From the NCBI GenBank assembly GCA_051362555.1, contig CM120641.1:31688401-31752400 (forward strand): a stretch of 64,000 nucleotides of DNA, read 5' to 3'. Source of the stretch: Lingula anatina (taxonomy: Eukaryota > Animalia > Brachiopoda). A program made the translations under genes and the position numbers. How positions within the stretch are numbered: position 1 is the stretch's first letter; each line of letters opens with the position of its first letter. The notes under the pieces are model-generated. The model did no database searches and was not told where the DNA came from. It worked only from the letters and a program-made list of their open reading frames with translations. Below are positions 53,101 through 60,400 of this stretch, one piece after another.

Positions 53101-56100
53101 ACAAAAAAACTGTTTAATTGCCAGAAAAATTTACCAAACAGACTGCATTGCCTACTGAAGCTGTGTTTTAGTCCCATGTTTCTTTCCTGAAAGTTTGAGA
53201 ACGGTAAGTGACATGGTTTTCCATAAATGGTCATCATGGGAGCGATGCCCAAATAGGGGTTTCTTCAAATTTTGGTGCAACATTACATGTTTAACAGCAT
53301 AATGACCATCAATTTTTAATAATAAAATATTAGTAACATGGACATTCAGAAAACGTGACTAGCAAGGTCTTCAGGCCCATGGAACTTCAAAGTCACACCT
53401 TGAAAATGCCAATATGTGAAAAATTAAATTTTCACAAAAAACTGTAAGATTGCAAGAAAAAAAATTAGCAAACAGACTGCATTGCCTACTGAAGCTGTAT
53501 TTTAGTCCCATGTTTCTTTCCTGTAAGTTTGAGAACAGTAAGTGACATGATTTTCCTTAAATGGTCATCATGGGAGCAGTGCCCAAAATAGGGGTTTCTT
53601 CAAATTTTGATGCAACATTACATAATGTTTTACAGCATAATGACCATCAATTGTTAATTATAAAATATTAGTATCATGGTTATTCAGAAAATGTAACTAG
53701 CAAAAGTCTTCAGGCCCATGGAACTTCAAAGTCACATATTGAAAATGCCAAAATGTAAACAAGACAGCACTGTTCTGAAATGGGTTTATTTCCATTTTTA
53801 ACACTTTTTTAACATAAAACAAAATAAACAGTTTACTGCCATTTTTATATGACCAATGAAGAAAATTGATGAGATGGGAAAAGTATCAATAGAACAGTGT
53901 TAAATGTCCAACTTCCTCCATTCTGAGATTCTGAACATAGTGGATGAATGCATCTGACAAACTGTAATGATATGAGTTTATTTCCATTTTTGATAGTTTA
54001 TTACACAATACATGATAACAAGTTTACCATCATTTTTACAAAATCAACTAACAATGTTGTAAAGATGCAGGAAATGTCAAACAAACACTTTTACGTATCT
54101 TATTAGTTCAATAATGAGACTGTTAACATGCCTAAGAATTGAATGTGAGGAAATGTGAAAAAACAGCATAACTTCTAAAATAATGGACTGATTATGCTGA
54201 TTTTCAAACTCAACCTGCGTTTTAGTAAGATTGGCCCCTCCTGTGAGTATAATGACAATTGGCCAATCTGTTTTTCTTATATTGTGTTATCAGTGTTGCA
54301 TATATACTGAAAAAAGTGAAAAAACAGCATAAATTCCCTATAAGTGACCCGATCGTGCTGATTTTCGAACTCGACCTGCGTATTATGAATATTTATCAGT
54401 TCTGTAAGTTTCAAGCCAAAAGGTAAAATGGTTTTCCACTTATCGTGTTATCGGTGCTGCATATATGCTGAAAAAAGAGAAAAAATAGCCTAAATTCACT
54501 GAAAATGACCCAATCACGCTGATTTTCGAACTTGACCTGCGTATTATGTATATTCATCAGTTCTGTAAGTTTCAAGCCAAAAGGTAAAATGGTTTTCCAC
54601 TTATCGTGTTATCGGTGCTGCATATATGCTGAAAAAAGTGAAAAAACAGCATAAATTCCCTATAAGTGACCCGATCATGCTGATTTTCGAACTCGACCTG
54701 CGTATTATGAATATTCATCAGTTCTGTAAGTTTCAAACAAAAAGAAAAAACAGTTTTCCACTTATTGTGTTATCGGTAAAAGTGCACGGCGACGGCGACG
54801 ACGGCAACGACGGCGACGACAGACGCAGATGACGGCTATATGTACAGACACATCTGTGTCTGTACATAACAAACAATACATTTTTAGCTTTTATGGGTCC
54901 AGAAGATTTTTCAGTTTCTGCATTTTTATGGTCGTTCCTCTGGTGAACATGCACTGATTGACCCCAAACTCAAAGGTGAAAGGAGACTCCAAGTGTAACT
55001 CCTCTCGATAATATAAAAGCATAAGTCTCTGTAGTTTCTGAAAATCAGCACAAACAGTTTTTCACAGAAAAAATTAATGTTTATAAAATTTTGTCCCATT
55101 TGACCTTGAAATAGAGGTGAATAATCCACAGGCACATTTGAAATCTTCACATATGACTTGCGTTCGAACTTCTATTGTAACTTTCCCCATAATTCCTGTA
55201 GTTTGAGAGATATATAGCATTAAATGTCCAAAAATGTGACAAAGGCACATTGCGAGACACATCATACACAGGCAAATGGATTGAAAGAGCTGAAAATCTA
55301 GTGGGATCAAGTTGAGATTGTAACAAGGAGCCATTATTCCTTTTTGAATTCATATGCATACAGTTTTTCTTAGACCAAGCTTTAAAACAACACCCTACCT
55401 CTGTATACATAAAGAATACTGCAAAGCTCAGGAAAGATTAACAGCCTATTTTCCCAATGATGGACAGGTTTAAACACTTTGGTTAAAATTTGTGATTTTC
55501 CTAAATAATTTAAACACCATGTCTGAAACCTTAATTTTAGTTCTGAAACACTATTAATGTTTATCAAAATGTACAATACAACCTATTAAGCATACTTGTA
55601 AGTAGGCAGCATAAATTCCTTTGCTTCATCTAGTTCTAGGTTCTTGTTCCTTGCTGGATGTACCAGTACCACAAATAACACGAAAAATACCACTGTGATC
55701 ACCAGTGGTGCCACCACCATCTTCAGCTTCTTCAACTCCACAGTCATATCACCTTGTCTAGTGCTGCCCTGGCCAATGACGCCACTCTCACCACCACTGT
55801 TTTTTTCCACAGAAGGGGAAGCTTCTCCCTCTGTTGTCTCAGCAGCTGACTACTGATAACAGTCTCAGTTATCTTAGTTTGAAAAGGCTGTAAACTGGAA
55901 GATTCTACTATTGTCAGTATAGCCTATCAGGCCTATCTAACTGGTCTAACTGCATATGCCAACATATAAAACCAGAAGTGAGGACTGCAGATCTCACATC
56001 AAAGCAACAACAAAGAGGTCAGATGTATACATCATTCCCCTTTCTTTGACTAAATAATCAGCACGAAGCACTCCTATTTTGCTTTTTACATTTACTTTAG

Positions 56101-57392
56101 TATTAATGTAAGCATAAAAAGACATGAATTGGAGTGGCAGCTGAGGGTGGACTCCTCTCACAACTGGCTGTGCTTGGTGTCAGTGCCGCTTCCAGCCACT
56201 GAGAAGTAGCAGGTCACATGTTGTGCTAACTGTCAGGCTGCATGTAGCCTCAGTAGACGTGTGTAATGCACTAGTTTGGATTGAGGTCATGAACTGACTG
56301 TTTATGTCAAAAACAGCTGCATCAGCTGTGGTGGTGCTGCTTCCCCCCATTCAATTCAATGCTTTCTCAGTGCTGGGCCACTACTTAACCGACTACCACT
56401 ATTATTATACTAGCACTACATGAACAATACACTCTCATATACAAGAATAGGTGCAACTCATCTGTGAAAAAAGGAGTGTATGGCAGAGTTTTTTCAGTGT
56501 TGACAAATATGGTAATGTACCTTGGATTTTGTACAGAAGTAATAGATTAAAATAAGGGAAAAATCGTTTTAGTCGAAATTCATGAAATGGGAAGAGCTTA
56601 GAACTTCCAGTGGTTTGAATTTCATGCAAAAGAAGTTGTCTCTTTGTCGCTAGGCTTTCTGTTACTTTTCCGGACGAATTTTGTGCTAGTTACTATATTG
56701 CATAAATGGTGAATGTTGGTAATTGTGAACCAAGAAAAAAAGGATTTTTACTCAAGCACTATATTTGGGCCCAATGTGCGAGATTATGATCAGTAAAGTG
56801 GCCCTGGTACCCTCTACCAGGGCTGCAGTTTTTATTATGTGGACATCTTCATAATAATGGTAATAATAATTGGATTGCACAAGTGCAGAGAAATTAATGT
56901 GGAGATCAGTCAGATTGTAGTTGATTTCTAGAAACGTAACATGGCCTTATAATTTTAGAATCATTAAAAAAATTTTGTATAGTATTAGTGGTTCTTTTAC
57001 CATATAGAATTGATATAAAACATAGCCTGCTTCTCAGTTTGTTGCCAACACTCAATAAGAATGTTCAAATTTCAAGAATTTAAGATTAAAAAAATACAGT
57101 ATCTATAAAATTCACAATTTTCCTCCATTGAAAAGATTGAGTTATTACTGTAAGCACATCCCTATTATGAACCCATTTATAGCCATCTACCTGAGCAACT
57201 GCTCATGCAGAAAAATTATTCTTCTCCCTCATGATTTCACTGAACCTTAGAATTTGAACTACATCAGACTTCTCTACCTGTGGACTTTGGACTTAGGTAA
57301 CTGAAGGAGTTTACAACTGTTGTGACTGGAAACGAAAGCTGTAACTCCTTGGTTAACTTTTACCTAGGATACTGCACACTATCCAAACAAGT

Positions 57393-57426
<34 letters not shown>

Positions 57427-60400
57427 TGTGACCTGATGATTAAGTTCTAGAACAGTTCCTTATTTGTCCCAGAACTAACTGTTTGTCCCAGAGCTACGAA
57501 AGTTGGGTGCGGAGCTCTATTCCAGCACGACAATATGCGACCCCATGTTGCCCGTGTGTGCACCAACTTCCTGGAAGAGAAGGACGTCCATATCCTGCCT
57601 TGGCCAGCCATCAGTCCGGACTTAAATCCCATTGAAAATGTCTGGGATCTGCTCAGTTTGCATGTCCGCCGACGTGAACATCCTCCCGAAACTCAGCAGC
57701 AGCTGAGGGTGGCACTGGTGGAAGAATCGTCTACGTTTCCACAGGATTAACTCCGATCCATGAGGGGATGAATAACCGCTGTCCAGGATACCATCAGGGG
57801 TCACGTGAACTATTGACAGTAAGATGCAATTCCTGTCACTTTTGGTTTGGGGGGTGCTCTATTGTTTGGTTGTGTTATTGGACTCAAAAATGTGTAAATG
57901 CCAAAAAAAATTGGTCTGAGGATTAGAAATGGATGTAGGTTTCATATAAAACTGGCAAAATTTAATTCTTTATAAAGTCTACAGGTGGCAAGCTTCAAAA
58001 GTTTTTTTGTTTATTCCTTAAATCTACAACTGTTTCACACCCAAAGTCAGCAATAAGGTCCAAATGTCAACAAAGAAAAAATTATTTTTGGACTTCTTTG
58101 TATAGTGTTTATGTGATAACAAATTGAATTCTCAGATTCTCATTGTTTTGTAAACAAATTATTATCTATTAGTAAACTATTCTCTGCATTTTTAAATTAT
58201 AAAGAATTTTAAAATGTTGCCAATTAGTGTTCGTTATTTTGATTAATACATACATGGTTTGAAAAGTCTGTCTCAAGGACAAATCATTTCTATTTGAAAC
58301 AATGGCAGCCAGTAAATACGTTGCACTACATAGAGCTAACAATTAAAGAGTAATTTCATTAGTTTTGCGCCTATTTCCCGCTAGTTGGTACCAAATGTAT
58401 CGATCACGTACATGTAGGCATCTTCTGGTATCTTAATGATCAAGAAAATCTACAGGATTGCAGATTAAATAATATATAACCTTGAAAACAGAGGACCTTG
58501 TATCATTGCTTGTGGGCGCTGATATTTCTTTAATGCGTCTAACACCCCATTTCCATAGATTAGATCGATCTACTTTAGATCGACCTAACTCCCTGGGGGT
58601 TCACGCTAAATAGCTGTCAGCCGGGCGGACACGAAAGTTAATTACCCCGTTACAGCTTGTAGTAGGCGGGACAGACGTTTAAGTCGGATTATCTGAAAGT
58701 AATCCAGTGATACTCCCCGCGGGGATAGATAGATCTAAAATCTATGGGAATAGAGCCTAATAATCCAAAAACAAAATGACTGAAAAAGATGATGCCCAGC
58801 TGATTTCCGATTTAAGAACATAACCGGTGTTAAAATTTTTGTCAGTACATTATGCCACTGCTGCACTGGCTTAAAAGTAACACTGAGCACAGTTTGTAAT
58901 GTGATTTCATGCATATTTTCAACAGATTTCTGATACATAACTTTTGTGATTTTTTTTCAATTATTTTTGTATATAGTGACAGATACATACTTAGCTCATG
59001 ATAATGGATAAAAAAAGTAGCAAGTAAGTTGAGGGAAATTGGGCAAAAACAACACACTTATGAGGCACACCTAAAATGTGACCTACTTTTTCTAAGAAAT
59101 CAAGTAGCATTAAGGTCATTTTCCTGATAAATTAATGTGGTTTTACATGTTTATCTTCAAGGCACTTTTTCAGAGAATAAATAATATGTTTAATGAAAGA
59201 TCAAGCGACAACAGGAAATATTTGAGAAAAAAGGCTCAGAGTCTATATGTCAAGGCACATTTTGGCAAAGGGTCATATCCTTAATTTTCTTCACTAAATC
59301 CTGAGGTGTTATTTTTTCCCTGTGAGCACTCGGAACTACTCGGATGTCTCCGCACTCGACAATGACCTCGGATGTGATACGGAGGCATCCATATTGATTG
59401 TTGATTGTTGGGAAGGAAGTACTTTCAACCTTTTACCATAGCCCGTCGGTAAAAAAGCCAAAGTATCATGTCCATAGTACAAATATTTTAACGTCTGTAT
59501 CTGTTTATCCTTTAAATCAAAGTCAATCTAATTACATTGTTTGGCAAACTGTAAAGCATCATAAAAATCAGAGGTATTGACAGCCCTCTTTATGAGCGGA
59601 ATAATCGATTGAGTGAGAAGGCATTTCCGGCAAACAAAATGCATGGATTTGGTGCATATTTCTCCGCCTATCACATCTGAGGTTAGTATGGAGCTTGCGG
59701 AATCGGCCTAGGATTGCCAATTGCCCTGTGAGGGGGCCAAGATATGAGCAAACCAATCTGAGTACTCTTGACTAGTGACACAAAGCCATCTGTATCACTC
59801 AGACTGATGAAGATGCCCAATGGCACAGCAAAATATTTCACAAGTGATGCAAGTTTTTTACTAAGGCCGCATTCACATCGAGAAGAGCCGAGGCTCAACA
59901 AAGCCAAGACCTAAATATGGTGGACGTACATGAAAGGAAAACCGCCTAATATTTTAATAGTCTCTCCGCCTCTCACACACCTCCCCACGCGTCGTCCTTG
60001 TGGGGGTACATTCATCAAATCTCGGCTCCATTCGCCAGGAAGCTACCTGAGAAAAATTAAGTGCGAATGCTCTTTGGTCAGCTGACATTATCTCTGTAGA
60101 TAGCCGATTCATTGCTGGTCTACATGCCAATTCATTCCTTTTTCGTCTCTGTTTTGAAAGATAATAGAACAGAAGAGCTTTTTCCTTCGATCGCCTCCAG
60201 TCGCCATGCTTTCTTCACCTCGAGTTTAATTGATGAGCATGCGCACTTAATATTTCTCAGTTAGCTTCCAGGCGAATGGAGCCAAGATTTAAAGACTGTA
60301 CCCCAGCAGGGACGATGCGTGGGGAGGCGTGTGAGAGGCAGAGAGACTATTAAAAGATTAGGCGATTTTCCTTTCATGTACGTCCGCCATATTTAGGTCT

